Source of the DNA: Chlamydiota bacterium
Lineage (GTDB): Bacteria > Chlamydiota > Chlamydiia > Chlamydiales > FEN-1388
NCBI GenBank assembly: GCA_013287775.1
Contig: JABDDE010000005.1
Coordinates: 1-63,437, forward strand
Direction: 5' to 3'
DNA length: 63,437 bases
Part shown: positions 28,363 through 38,556 of the stretch, piece after piece
Layout of the letters: each line of letters starts with the position of its first letter
Numbering within the stretch: the stretch's first letter is position 1
The notes under the pieces: model-generated
Told to the model about the DNA's origin: nothing
The model's input: only the letters and a program-made list of their open reading frames with translations
Databases searched by the model: none
Translations under genes and position numbers: made by a program

Positions 28363-29121
28363 ATGACCATTTGGGCAATAGGCGATTTACATTTAAGTTT
28401 TGGCTGTCCTGGCAAGGAGATGGACAAGTTTGGCCCTCATTGGGTGCGCCATTTCGAAAAAATCCAAAAAGATTGGGACGACAAAGTAGCGCCTGATGAT
28501 CTCGTGCTGATTCCTGGCGACATTTCATGGGCAATGCATCTAGAAGAGGCTGAAAAAGATCTTGCATGGATTGCTGAGCGCCCTGGCACCAAAGTACTCA
28601 TCAAAGGCAACCACGATTACTGGTGGCACTCCCTTTCAAAAATTCGCAAAATACTTCCTCCCAGCATCCATGTGCTTGGAACTGATGCGTTTCATTACAA
28701 TGACATCTCTGTGTGCGGCGCAAGGCTCTGGGATAGTCAAGAGTATACTTTTGCACCCTATATTCTTATCTCTGATACCGGCAATGAAAAAAAAGCAGCA
28801 AAAAAAGATAGAGATATCGAAGAAGATGAAAAAATTTTTCAGCGCGAAATTGGACGACTTGCTCTAGGCCTCCAAGCACTGCACAAAGATGCAAAAATAA
28901 AAATCGTGCTTACACACTACCCCCCCATTTCGGCAGATCTTGCTGATTCTACGGTATCAAAAATGGTAGAAGCTGCTGGGGTACACCATGTCATTTTCGG
29001 CCACCTCCATAACGTGCACGCCGGAAGTGGGGAAAAACTCTTTGGCGTCAAAAATGATGTAAATTATCAATTGACATCGTGCGATTTTCTTAATTTTTCA
29101 TTGCTTCGTATTATTCCGTAG
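28363..29121 (+). CDS. Calcineurin-like metallophosphoesterase
   Basis: DLH, GDIS, GNHD, GHLH. Confidence 0.9.
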   Translation: MTIWAIGDLHLSFGCPGKEMDKFGPHWVRHFEKIQKDWDDKVAPDDLVLIPGDISWAMHLEEAEKDLAWIAERPGTKVLIKGNHDYWWHSLSKIRKILPPSIHVLGTDAFHYNDISVCGARLWDSQEYTFAPYILISDTGNEKKAAKKDRDIEEDEKIFQREIGRLALGLQALHKDAKIKIVLTHYPPISADLADSTVSKMVEAAGVHHVIFGHLHNVHAGSGEKLFGVKNDVNYQLTSCDFLNFSLLRIIP

Positions 29122-29218
29122 CGTAAAATGTCTGTTTTTGGCATAAGTATTGGGTCATGTGCAAATTTTCCTCCGGAAAATTGTACATGACGAAAATAAC
29201 ACAACAAGGAGAACCATT

Positions 29219-30175
29219 GTGAACATAATAAAAGCATTGATGACAATATGTATGATAACAGCGGCAATAACACCAGCAGTATCATATGCCGAGGAACAAA
29301 CACAACCCTACTTCCAAGAAATCGATCCCAGGGAACCTCTTGATCCATGGATGCAATCTTTTGCAATTACGGAAAAATTATATGAAGGAAAAAGTGATTT
29401 TCAGGATATCTTAATCTTTGAAAATAGCCGTTTTGGTCGGATGCTTGCACTTGATGGCGTTGTTCAAACCACTGAAGCAGATGAGTTTATCTATCATGAG
29501 ATGATTGTACATGTGCCCATGCTCACACATCCAGAGCCTAAAAAAGTGCTTATTATCGGTGGCGGTGATGGGGGCTCTCTTCGAGAAGTACTCAGGCACA
29601 AAACTGTCGAACAAGTCACCATGGTTGATCTCGATGGTCAAGTGGTGGATCTGTGTAAGAAATGGCTGCCAAATCATTCTAGTGGCGCGTTTGATGATCA
29701 GCGCGTAAAGCTTGTCATTCAAGATGGGACGCAATTTGTAAAAGAAACACAAGACACGTTTGATGTTATCATCTGTGATACCACTGATCCTATAGGGCCT
29801 GGCAAGGTGCTTTTTAGCTCGGAGTTTTATGCTGACTGCAAGAAAATCCTGAACCCCGAAGGGCTTATTTCCATGCAAAACGGCATACCCTTTACAAATG
29901 GTTTGGAAATAACCAGTGTGTTTGCCAACATCGCCCATGAATTTAAGCACGTAAGCTTCTATGTAGCGCCAGTGCCATCCTATCTCGGTGGCTATCTGGC
30001 CTTTGGCATAGCTTCAGAGAAATATTCCAATTATGCGCTCTCTTCGAAAAAGCTCTCCAAGAGACTGCATAGTGTGAAAGGATCCATGCGCTATTACAAT
30101 CCAAAGATACATAAAGCTTCATTTGCTTTGCCAGAATATGTGAATCAGTATATTCCAAAAATCAAAAAGAAATAA
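29219..30175 (+). CDS. speE: Spermidine synthase with signal-peptide-like N-terminus
   Basis: LDGVVQ, YHEM, IIGGGDGG, DTTDP; GTG start after AAGGAG. Confidence 0.9.
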   Translation: MNIIKALMTICMITAAITPAVSYAEEQTQPYFQEIDPREPLDPWMQSFAITEKLYEGKSDFQDILIFENSRFGRMLALDGVVQTTEADEFIYHEMIVHVPMLTHPEPKKVLIIGGGDGGSLREVLRHKTVEQVTMVDLDGQVVDLCKKWLPNHSSGAFDDQRVKLVIQDGTQFVKETQDTFDVIICDTTDPIGPGKVLFSSEFYADCKKILNPEGLISMQNGIPFTNGLEITSVFANIAHEFKHVSFYVAPVPSYLGGYLAFGIASEKYSNYALSSKKLSKRLHSVKGSMRYYNPKIHKASFALPEYVNQYIPKIKKK

Positions 30176-30176
30176 C

Positions 30177-33100
30177 ATGTTTGAAGCTATCAATACCAAG
30201 GAAAGTTTTGCAAAACGAGAAGAGCGCGTCCTGCAGTTTTGGCAGGACAATGCAATTCTCCCTAAGTCTATAGCACAAAGAGAGGGAGGACCTCTCTTTT
30301 CTCATTATGATGGGCCACCTTTTGCAACGGGACTCCCCCACTATGGCCACTTGCTTGCTGGAACCATTAAGGATGTGGTTCTTCGCTACAAAACGATGAA
30401 GGGGTATTATGTTCCTCGTCGTATAGGTTGGGACTGCCATGGGCTGCCTGTTGAAAACGAAATTGAAAAGGCATTTAACCTCTCTGGCGCTGCCTCCATA
30501 GAAGCATTTGGTATTGCGGCATTTAATGAAGAGTGTCGAAAGATCGTACTTAGGTATACAAGTGAATGGAAGAAAACGACGCTCCGAATGGGCCGCTTTG
30601 TGGATTTTGATACAACCTACCGAACTATGGATCTTCCTTTTATGGAATCGGTATGGTGGGTGTTTCAGTCGCTCTATAAAAAAGGATTAATTTATGAAGG
30701 GTATAAAGTAATGCCCTTCTCTGCAAAATTGGGGACTCCTCTTTCTAATTTTGAAGCTTCTGAAAATTATAAAGACGTTGACGATCCCTCCCTTACAGTA
30801 GCCATCGAACTTCTTGGCGAAGAAAATACCTTCGTACTTGTCTGGACGACAACACCGTGGACCCTTGTTTCTAACATGGCTATCACTGTAGGCGCAGAAA
30901 TTGACTATGTGATGATTCAAGAGAGTGCAAGCAGTAAAAAATACATCCTCGCGCGCCAGTGCCTTGATCGCTACTTTAAAGACAGTGTAGCGTATCAAAT
31001 ACTCAATGAATATTCAGGCAAAGCCCTTGTTGGCAAGCGTTATAAGCCCCTTTTCCCCCATTTTCAAGACTATGCAATGAAGGGCGCCTTTCACATTATT
31101 GCTGACGGTTTTGTCACCATCGATGAAGGCACTGGCCTTGTCCATACTGCCCCTGCCTTTGGTGAAGCCGACTTTTACGCCTGTGAAAAACATAAAATCC
31201 CTCTCGTTTGCCCTGTTGATCAAAATGGCCAATTTACAAACGCTGTTCCCGAATTTGTAGGCCGTTTTGTCAAAGACTGCGATAAAGACATTATTAAAAT
31301 GCTGAAAGATCGAGGCAGCGTCTTTCGCCATGAAAACTGCCGCCACCGCTACCCCTTTTGCTGGCGCTCCGATACCCCACTTATCTATAAAGTTGTGGCG
31401 ACCTGGTTTGTTGCAGTGGAAAAAATCAAAGATAAAATTTTAAATTCAAACGAACAAATCTACTGGATGCCCGAGCATATCAAGTATGGCCGATTTGGAA
31501 AATGGCTTGAGGGGGCACGTGACTGGGCAATTAGCCGCAATCGTTATTGGGGAACACCTATACCTATCTGGAGAGCCGACGATGGGGAGATAGTTGTATT
31601 TGGCAGCAAGCAAGAACTCGAAGATGCTACGAGTACAAAGATCCAGGATTTGCATCGCCATTTTATTGATGAGCTGACCTTTACCAAAAATGGCAAGCTC
31701 TTTCGCCGTATTCCTGAGGTATTTGACTGCTGGTTTGAATCAGGATCCATGCCCTATGCAGAGCAGCATTATCCCTTCGAGAATGAAACACATTTTAGGA
31801 CAGCATTTCCTGCTGACTTTATTGCAGAAGGGCTGGATCAAACACGAGGCTGGTTTTATACACTGACAGTGCTGGCGACAGCGCTTTTTGAAAAGCCTGC
31901 GTTTAAGAATGTCATCGTTAATGGAATTATCTTAGCGGCAGATGGCAACAAGATGTCAAAGCGGCTTAAAAACTATCCTGACCCGCAAGAAGTGATCGAT
32001 ATCTACGGTGCTGATAGTATTCGCTTGTATATGCTGAGTAGCCCTGCTGTGAAGGCCGATGATCTCTGTTTTTCTAAACCAGGCGTGGAACTCGTACTTC
32101 GCCACGTGCTTTTGCCTCTCTGGAATGCCTATAGCTTTTTTATCACCTATGCCCGCTTAAACTCGTGGGAAGCCGAGGCGATCGACCCCACCTTCACGCC
32201 TCAGGCAGCCATCGATCGCTGGATGCTCTCACTGGTCCATAAACTCATTCACGATGTGGAAGGGGCCATGGATCGCTATGATTTGAGCCATGCTGTGCAT
32301 CCCTTTGTGGATTTTATTGACCAGCTTACAAACTGGTATATACGCCGCTCAAGGAGGCGTTTTTGGAGTGATGAGGCAACCCGTGATCGCCATGAAGCGC
32401 ATAAAACGCTCTATACCGTTCTCGTCCACCTTGTAAAGATTGCAGCACCCTACGTGCCCTTTATTGCAGAAGAGATGTATCTGAACCTCAGGCTCAAAAC
32501 CAACCCTGAGTCTGTACATCTTACACACTTTCCACAGTATGTGGCAAGCGAACGGGATCTTTTCCTAGAAGAAGTGATGGCTACCGTACAGCGTGCTGTC
32601 AGCCTTGGTCACAGCCTGCGCAAGGAAAAACAGCTCAAAGTGCGCCAGCCACTAGCGAGGGCCTTTATTATCTCGGCAAATAGGCGAAACATAGAGCTCT
32701 TAGAACAGGAAAAGCAGCTTATAGCCGATGAGCTCAACGTGCAAGAAGTGGTGTTTTCAACTGATGAAAGTGGGTTCGTACGGCTACAAGCAAAGCCCAA
32801 TTTCCGCCTGCTTGGCAAAAAAATTGGCAAGCTCATGAAGCAGGCTCACGCTGCAATTGATGCATTTTCCCAAGAAGAGCTTAACAAAATCATGCAAGGC
32901 GGGACGCTGACGCTTATTCTCGAGGGGCAGCAAGTGGTGCTTTTACCTGAAGATGTAGCTGTCGAGCGCATTGTGAAAGAGGATCTTGTTGCTGCCAACA
33001 GTGAAGATATCACGGTTGCCCTTGATACAGCACTCACCCCAGAGCTGATCTCTGTAGGCATTGCCCGCGAGTTTGTAAACCGTGTGAACACGTTGCGCAA

Positions 33101-33314
33101 GGAGAAGAATTTCAATATTTCTGACCGCATTCACCTCACGGTCGCTGCCCCTGCCGAAATCGAGCAGGCACTCAAGGCACACGAAGCCTTTATTGCGAGC
33201 GAAATACTGGCACTCTCGCTTACCTTTGCCCCAAATGACGGCGATGTGTGCGACATTAACGAGCAGTCTGTACGGGTGGAAATTCTACGACCCCTCGCGA
33301 GCTCGGGGCTGTAG
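30177..33314 (+). CDS. ileS: Isoleucyl-tRNA synthetase (type 2)
   Basis: DGPPFATGLPHYGH, WTTTPWT, KMSKR. Confidence 0.97.
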   Translation: MFEAINTKESFAKREERVLQFWQDNAILPKSIAQREGGPLFSHYDGPPFATGLPHYGHLLAGTIKDVVLRYKTMKGYYVPRRIGWDCHGLPVENEIEKAFNLSGAASIEAFGIAAFNEECRKIVLRYTSEWKKTTLRMGRFVDFDTTYRTMDLPFMESVWWVFQSLYKKGLIYEGYKVMPFSAKLGTPLSNFEASENYKDVDDPSLTVAIELLGEENTFVLVWTTTPWTLVSNMAITVGAEIDYVMIQESASSKKYILARQCLDRYFKDSVAYQILNEYSGKALVGKRYKPLFPHFQDYAMKGAFHIIADGFVTIDEGTGLVHTAPAFGEADFYACEKHKIPLVCPVDQNGQFTNAVPEFVGRFVKDCDKDIIKMLKDRGSVFRHENCRHRYPFCWRSDTPLIYKVVATWFVAVEKIKDKILNSNEQIYWMPEHIKYGRFGKWLEGARDWAISRNRYWGTPIPIWRADDGEIVVFGSKQELEDATSTKIQDLHRHFIDELTFTKNGKLFRRIPEVFDCWFESGSMPYAEQHYPFENETHFRTAFPADFIAEGLDQTRGWFYTLTVLATALFEKPAFKNVIVNGIILAADGNKMSKRLKNYPDPQEVIDIYGADSIRLYMLSSPAVKADDLCFSKPGVELVLRHVLLPLWNAYSFFITYARLNSWEAEAIDPTFTPQAAIDRWMLSLVHKLIHDVEGAMDRYDLSHAVHPFVDFIDQLTNWYIRRSRRRFWSDEATRDRHEAHKTLYTVLVHLVKIAAPYVPFIAEEMYLNLRLKTNPESVHLTHFPQYVASERDLFLEEVMATVQRAVSLGHSLRKEKQLKVRQPLARAFIISANRRNIELLEQEKQLIADELNVQEVVFSTDESGFVRLQAKPNFRLLGKKIGKLMKQAHAAIDAFSQEELNKIMQGGTLTLILEGQQVVLLPEDVAVERIVKEDLVAANSEDITVALDTALTPELISVGIAREFVNRVNTLRKEKNFNISDRIHLTVAAPAEIEQALKAHEAFIASEILALSLTFAPNDGDVCDINEQSVRVEILRPLASSGL

Positions 33315-33340
33315 AAAAATAATTCATACATCAGGCGACT

Positions 33341-33996
33341 GTTGGCTAGGGTGTCGCTGCTACCGCAACCCCACGCTGCCGCCGGCCGTAGCGCGAGCGC
33401 GCTGCGGCCGTGCTCCACGCGGGGCTAATGAATTTCGCCGCTACCGCATACGCGTCAGGCTAAGGCTGGAGTGGTGTCAACTTAAAAAAACTTGTAACCA
33501 ATCAGAGCCGAGCCACGGTAGTGGCGAAATGCAGCTCTAGCCCCGCGTGCAGTGAAGGCTGCGCGCATCGCGCGCAGGCCGAGCGGAACGTGGGGTTTAT
33601 GAGGCATCAATAAAAACGGAGCTGCGGTAGCAGCGACACAGAAATGTGTCTGCAACGACAATTATGTGCACTGACTAGGTCAAATACAATGGGTTTCGCT
33701 GCTGCCGCAGCTCTCTGTTTATTTCATGCTCCACAACCCCACGTTCCTTCGATCGCACGCAATGCGTGCGCTCTTCAGTCACGCGGGGCTAATGAATTCC
33801 ACCGCTACCGCGGTGGGGTCCATATTGGTCACAACATGGTAAGGCTCTATACATTATCCCAATGGCCTTAGCCTGATGCGTATGCCGCTGCCGCGGCTCG
33901 GCTCCGATTGGCTGCAGGTTTCTTTTTAAGTTGACACCATTGGCCTTTTAGCCTGATGCATATATGCTGTCGCAGCGGAAGCGCATTAGCCCCGCG
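33341..33996. repeat. REP-A nest containing IS4-like MITE 33447-33884
   Basis: Multiple GCTGCTACCGCAGC and CCCCACG..CGCGGGG units; TIR CATACGC(G/A)TCAGGCTAAGG; 9-bp flanks CCGCTACCG / CCGCTGCCG. Confidence 0.8.
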
Positions 33997-34234
33997 ACAG
34001 ATGTTTCCCTTTTCGTCCATAATGGCGATAAAAGTTGTTTTCATAGAAACATCAAATCCTGCATAATAGGTCATAGCTTACTCCTGAGTTGTTTTGGGCC
34101 GTTTGAGCCCTTGGTTTAATCGTGGAGGGTAAATATTGCCCTCTGACGTGTACTTTCAAGTACGACTTTAACTTAAGGAGTAGGCTTTTTTTGCCACCCC
34201 TAATTGCGCCGCGTTAGCGCGCAATTAGGGTATG
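33997..34234 (-). mobile_element. Truncated IS110-family element (5' leader plus first ~26 codons)
   Basis: MTYYAGFDVSMKTTFIAIMDEKG resembles the IS110 DEDD N-terminus; AGGAG RBS; flanks rejoin into one REP. Confidence 0.75.
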
Positions 34235-34556
34235 TGACTGTAGGGAATGCGTTGCGTGCGACCGAGAGAACGTGGGATTGCGGTAGCAGCGACACCCATG
34301 GTATGACCGTAGGGTGTTGTGCATTGTGCTATGACGAGGGCACGGAGACAATGTATAGAGCCGTACCACGTTGTGGCCAATATGGACCCCACTGCGGCAG
34401 CAGTGGAATTCATTAGCCCCGCGTGGAGCACGGCCGTAGCGCGCTCGCGCTACGGCCGGCGGAACGTGGGGTTACAGGGGCGTAAATAAAAACAGAGCTG
34501 CGGTAGCAGCGACACTCACAGCATAGAAACGCATGGTATGAGGAGAAAAATCACAG

Positions 34557-35009
34557 ATGACACATTCCTATCGGGTACATTTTTACCATTGTATTTGGTC
34601 GACAAAACAACGATGCGCATTCATCATACCTAAAGTGCAAATGCATCTCTACACATACATAAATGGCATTATTACAAATCAATCTGGTAACTTGTTAGAA
34701 ATTGGTGGTATGCCAGATCATGTACATTTATTACTAAAACTAAGCGACGACCAGCAGTATTCTCATTTTATTCGGAACGTGAAAGCCAGTTCTTCATCAT
34801 GGATACATAAAAATTTTCCTGATATGCAAGAGTTTGCTTGGCAAGAAGGATATGGATCTTTTTCTGTGAGTTACTCCGCCCTAAAAACTGTTCAAAATTA
34901 TATACAAAACCAAGAAAAACATCATAAAAATATGACATTCGAACAAGAATATCGGCGTCTCTTGCAATTGCATGACACGCCATATGATGAGCGTTTTGTT
35001 GTTGGATAG
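34557..35009 (+). CDS. tnpA: IS200/IS605-type Y1 HUH transposase flanked by inverted REPs (RAYT-like)
   Basis: WSTKQR, DHVH (HUH), WQEGY, NYIQNQ; no tnpB; REP-A in opposite orientations at 34413-34516 and 35011-35079. Confidence 0.88.
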   Translation: MTHSYRVHFYHCIWSTKQRCAFIIPKVQMHLYTYINGIITNQSGNLLEIGGMPDHVHLLLKLSDDQQYSHFIRNVKASSSSWIHKNFPDMQEFAWQEGYGSFSVSYSALKTVQNYIQNQEKHHKNMTFEQEYRRLLQLHDTPYDERFVVG

Positions 35010-35010
35010 G

Positions 35011-35560
35011 GTGTCGCTGCTACCGCAACCCCACGTTTCGCCGGCCGTAGCGCGGGCGCGCTACGGCCGCGCTCCACGCCATACTTTACCACACATCTTT
35101 AATAATGGCGTAAACCCCAAGGCTGGAGTGATGTCAACTTAAAGAAACTTGTAACCAATCAGGACCTCGCCACGGTAGTGGCGAAATTTGCCGCTCTAGC
35201 CCCGCGTGCAGTGAAGGCTGCGCGCATCGCGCGCAGGCCGAGCGGAACGTGGGGTTTATGAGGCATCAATAAAAACGGAGCTGCGGTAGCAGCGACACAG
35301 AAATGTGTCTGCAACGACAATTATGTGCACTGACTAGGTCAAATACAATGGGTTTCGCTGCTGCCGCAGCTCTCTGTTTATTTCATGCTCCACAACCCCA
35401 CGTTCCTTCGATCGCACGCAATGCGTGCGCTCTTCAGTCACGCGGGGCTAATGAATTCCACCGCTACCGCGGTGGGGTCCATATCAACTAGAAGCATACT
35501 ATGTTACGCGTTTGCCTTGAGTTGACACCACTCCAGCCTTAGACTGATGCGTATGCCGCT
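35011..35560. repeat. REP-A nest, largely a direct repeat of 33341-33835
   Basis: About 35120-35484 closely matches 33462-33835. Confidence 0.85.
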
Positions 35561-35678
35561 GCCAGTGAAATATAAATATGCTAGAACTGACAACGCGCTC
35601 GACAACATCGCTTGCAGCTCTTTTCGTCATGTGCTATTTTCCTTTCGTAAGAAAGGAAAATGGCATATGACGTTATCA

Positions 35679-36800
35679 TTATTCCACTTCCCTAAGCTTG
35701 CGAGAGGACAACATCCCCCATACCTTACGGCCAATGTTGACTACCGTGAGCACAATGAGCGCAGGATACATAGTCTCCAGGATTGGCCCTAAAAACTGTG
35801 CAATACCAGAAAATTCAAGAGTCGACACAAGAAAAGCCACTATAAGGGTGCTCACTATCGCCGTGGTGTTGCCAATTTTTTCGCGAAAAACCTCTGTACG
35901 CAAAAATTCTGCAAACAGAGAAGTGAGTGCAATAGCCGTTGTCAAACATGCTAACACTACAGCAACGCATATGCAGGGAGCAGCAAAGAAGCCGAGTGAG
36001 GCAATTGCCACCTTGCCAAACATCTCTTGCGGACGAGCACCCTCCAGGAGAGGCGCATAGAACCAGCCAAGTAATACCAGAGCAAAGTATACCACATATA
36101 AGAGCACTGCCCCTACTACTGATGCTTTTATAAAAAATTTTAACGGTGACCCTCCTTCGCCTCGTTCAGAGCGTGTCTGCAACAGGTGTTTGATGACAAA
36201 TCCTGAAAAGAAGAACGCAGCCACCAAATCCATCGTCTGATATCCTTTAAAAAAACCATTTGTAAAGGCCACAAAACCTTCAGACTGCATTGGAGCAGAT
36301 ACTGGAGCCTGATAGAGGCTGACACCGGTAATGCTTGCTACAGCAAGTAATAAAAAGGGCGTAAGGAACACCCCCAAGATCGACACAATCTTGTTTTTAT
36401 TTGCCGTTAACAGATAAATGAGTACGCAGAGTACCAAGCTCGTCACTGGAAGCGACATAGATGGAAACAGTGGAAGACAGGCACCATGAATCACGGTGAG
36501 GCAACGCGCAAGCACTCCAAATGGTCCCATAAGCCCAAGTGCAATAAAAGAAAATATAAATATCCCCTTTTTCCCGAAATAACTAAAAAATTCCTTAATC
36601 TCGCCATTATATAGTGCCATACCCAGCATCCCAAGAAATGGAAAAATCACACAGGTACAGAGCACGCCCAATGAAGCCATACCATAATGGCCTCCACTTT
36701 CCATACCTATCGCTAAGGGGAAGACGAGATTGCCCGATCCGAAGAACATCGAAAAGAGCGCAAACCCCGTGCTTAGTATCAGTAACGTTTCTTTTTTCAT
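35679..36800 (-). CDS. brnQ: Branched-chain amino acid transporter
   Basis: FSMFFGSGNLVFP, GYQTMD, ACLTTAI. Confidence 0.92.
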   Translation of the reverse strand: MKKETLLILSTGFALFSMFFGSGNLVFPLAIGMESGGHYGMASLGVLCTCVIFPFLGMLGMALYNGEIKEFFSYFGKKGIFIFSFIALGLMGPFGVLARCLTVIHGACLPLFPSMSLPVTSLVLCVLIYLLTANKNKIVSILGVFLTPFLLLAVASITGVSLYQAPVSAPMQSEGFVAFTNGFFKGYQTMDLVAAFFFSGFVIKHLLQTRSERGEGGSPLKFFIKASVVGAVLLYVVYFALVLLGWFYAPLLEGARPQEMFGKVAIASLGFFAAPCICVAVVLACLTTAIALTSLFAEFLRTEVFREKIGNTTAIVSTLIVAFLVSTLEFSGIAQFLGPILETMYPALIVLTVVNIGRKVWGMLSSRKLREVE

Positions 36801-36826
36801 AAACCTCCTATAATTTATAACAAAGC

Positions 36827-36862
36827 AAAAAAAAACCGCACCTCTTACGAGAGTGCGGTTTT
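36827..36862 (-). terminator. Intrinsic terminator (attenuator) in the brnQ leader
   Basis: CCGCACTCTC-GTAA-GAGGTGCGG followed by U9, just before the brnQ RBS. Confidence 0.8.
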
Positions 36863-36900
36863 GACTACCACATGAATTGGAATTTGTAGGTAAATACCAA

Positions 36901-36987
36901 TTACATAGGCCCGCACCTCCAAAAGATGTGGCTCATAATAATCTCAACAATGCTCAGAGATATGTAATTGTTAGTACCCATACCCAT
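36901..36987 (-). CDS. Candidate Ile-rich attenuation leader peptide (28 aa)
   Basis: MGMGTNNYISLSIVEIIMSHIFWRCGPM; 5 Ile, 1 Leu, 1 Val; its 3' part can pair with the terminator 5' arm. Confidence 0.65.
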   Translation of the reverse strand: MGMGTNNYISLSIVEIIMSHIFWRCGPM

Positions 36988-37200
36988 ACGGTATCTTAAT
37001 CCTTGTAAATTGGTCATCTCCTAACTTTAGCAGACGACAATGACATTTTATAAAAATTTTAGCACATCTAATTATAATTATGCAAGGAGAAAAAATCAAA
37101 TCAACACTTTATTTCCTGATTGATGAGTAAAAAGAAAACAATACACTGTATGCTACTGCTCGAGCGGAGCTCGGGCAGTAAGCATACAATGTTTATCACC

Positions 37201-38556
37201 TTACAACACGAACCCATCCGGAATGGATGCCCCGCGTGGCACGACAATAACACCATCGCGAATGAAGATATTGTCCCCATCATAGTTTGTGAGGTTATTT
37301 TTGTTGACAAGCTGCACGTTTTTGCCAATGGAGACGTTTTTATCGATAATGGCACTCCGAATAGTACAGCCAGCATCAATACACAGATTTTTAGCTGCAC
37401 CGCCACCCATGTCAGAGGGCGCTGTATAAAAATCATGACCCATAATGTACGAGTCCTGAATCACCGTGTCGCGCTTTATCACAGCACGATGGCCTAAAAG
37501 GGAGTTACAAATCTCCTCGGCCTCAATAATAGTGCCCTCACAGACGATGGAGAGCTTAATTTTGGTATTATAAATTTTTGGGCCTGGCAGGTGGTGGCGA
37601 TTGGTATAGATGGGCTGCAGCTCATTGTAACAGTCAAAAGGCGGCTCAGAGGTGGTAAGCGCCATGTTTGCCTTGTAAAATGAGCCAATCGTGCCAATAT
37701 CTTCCCAGTAGCCATCATGCGCAAAGGCGGCAATGGAGCCACTCTTTACCTTGGTTGGAATCAGGTGTTTGCCAAAATCCTCCCGAGGATCATCTTGGAG
37801 CAGTTTAAAAAGAGCTTGCCGCTTAAAGAGATAGATGCCCATAGAGCCGAGATAGCATTTTTCAGAGTTGCTATCGAGACCCATCTTTTCGAGGGAGGCT
37901 GGAGCGGTCTTGAGCCTATCAAGATCGGCGCGCTCGCTTGGTTTTTCATAAAAATCAATAATGTGATGATCTTCATTGATTTTCATGATCCCCATACGCT
38001 TGGCATCCTGTTCATTGACTGCCAAGGTCGCAACTAATACATCGACATCCTTTTGTATGGCTGTCTGCATCATCTGCCGAAAATCTAAGCGATAGAGCTG
38101 ATCCCCTGAAAGGATTAAAAAGTACTCTGCATTGGTTTCTAAGAGGTATTCCATATTTTGGCGCACAGCATCGGCAGTCCCCAAATACCATGTCGTTCGA
38201 TCCATCTTTTGCTCGGCGCTCAGCACTTCTATAAATCCTGGCGAGAAGGTGCCAAGACGATATGCCTGAAAAATATGCTTGTGCAACGATGATGCCAAAA
38301 ACTGCGTCACTACAAAGATTTTTTGTATGTCGGAGTTTAGGGAATTGGAAATCGGCACATCTATAAGACGATATCTGCCCCCAAAACATATTGCAGGCTT
38401 ACATCGGCTTTTAGTCAATGGATACAACCTCGATCCTTGACCACCACCCAAGATAACACAGGCTACATTACTCATGTTTACTGGCTTTGGAGCTACCGTA
38501 GAGGCTATTTGTGGAGCTACTGTTTTTTTGACGAGAGAAGAAATGATAGTATTCAT
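37201..38556 (-). CDS. glgC: Glucose-1-phosphate adenylyltransferase
   Basis: GGGQGSRLYPLT, KPA, GTADAVRQN, YWEDIGT. Confidence 0.95.
   Translation of the reverse strand: MNTIISSLVKKTVAPQIASTVAPKPVNMSNVACVILGGGQGSRLYPLTKSRCKPAICFGGRYRLIDVPISNSLNSDIQKIFVVTQFLASSLHKHIFQAYRLGTFSPGFIEVLSAEQKMDRTTWYLGTADAVRQNMEYLLETNAEYFLILSGDQLYRLDFRQMMQTAIQKDVDVLVATLAVNEQDAKRMGIMKINEDHHIIDFYEKPSERADLDRLKTAPASLEKMGLDSNSEKCYLGSMGIYLFKRQALFKLLQDDPREDFGKHLIPTKVKSGSIAAFAHDGYWEDIGTIGSFYKANMALTTSEPPFDCYNELQPIYTNRHHLPGPKIYNTKIKLSIVCEGTIIEAEEICNSLLGHRAVIKRDTVIQDSYIMGHDFYTAPSDMGGGAAKNLCIDAGCTIRSAIIDKNVSIGKNVQLVNKNNLTNYDGDNIFIRDGVIVVPRGASIPDGFVL

Noticed and set aside
33193-33871. Short ORFs in REP nests (also 19882-20580, 34204-34431, 35303-35491)
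   Set aside because: GC-rich palindromes are poor in stop codons; no RBS or protein motifs
34557-35009. IS605 element with TnpB/omega RNA
   Set aside because: No tnpB ORF follows; the flanks are REP copies
36801-37000. T-box riboswitch upstream of brnQ
   Set aside because: No T-box consensus recognised; a leader-peptide model fits better
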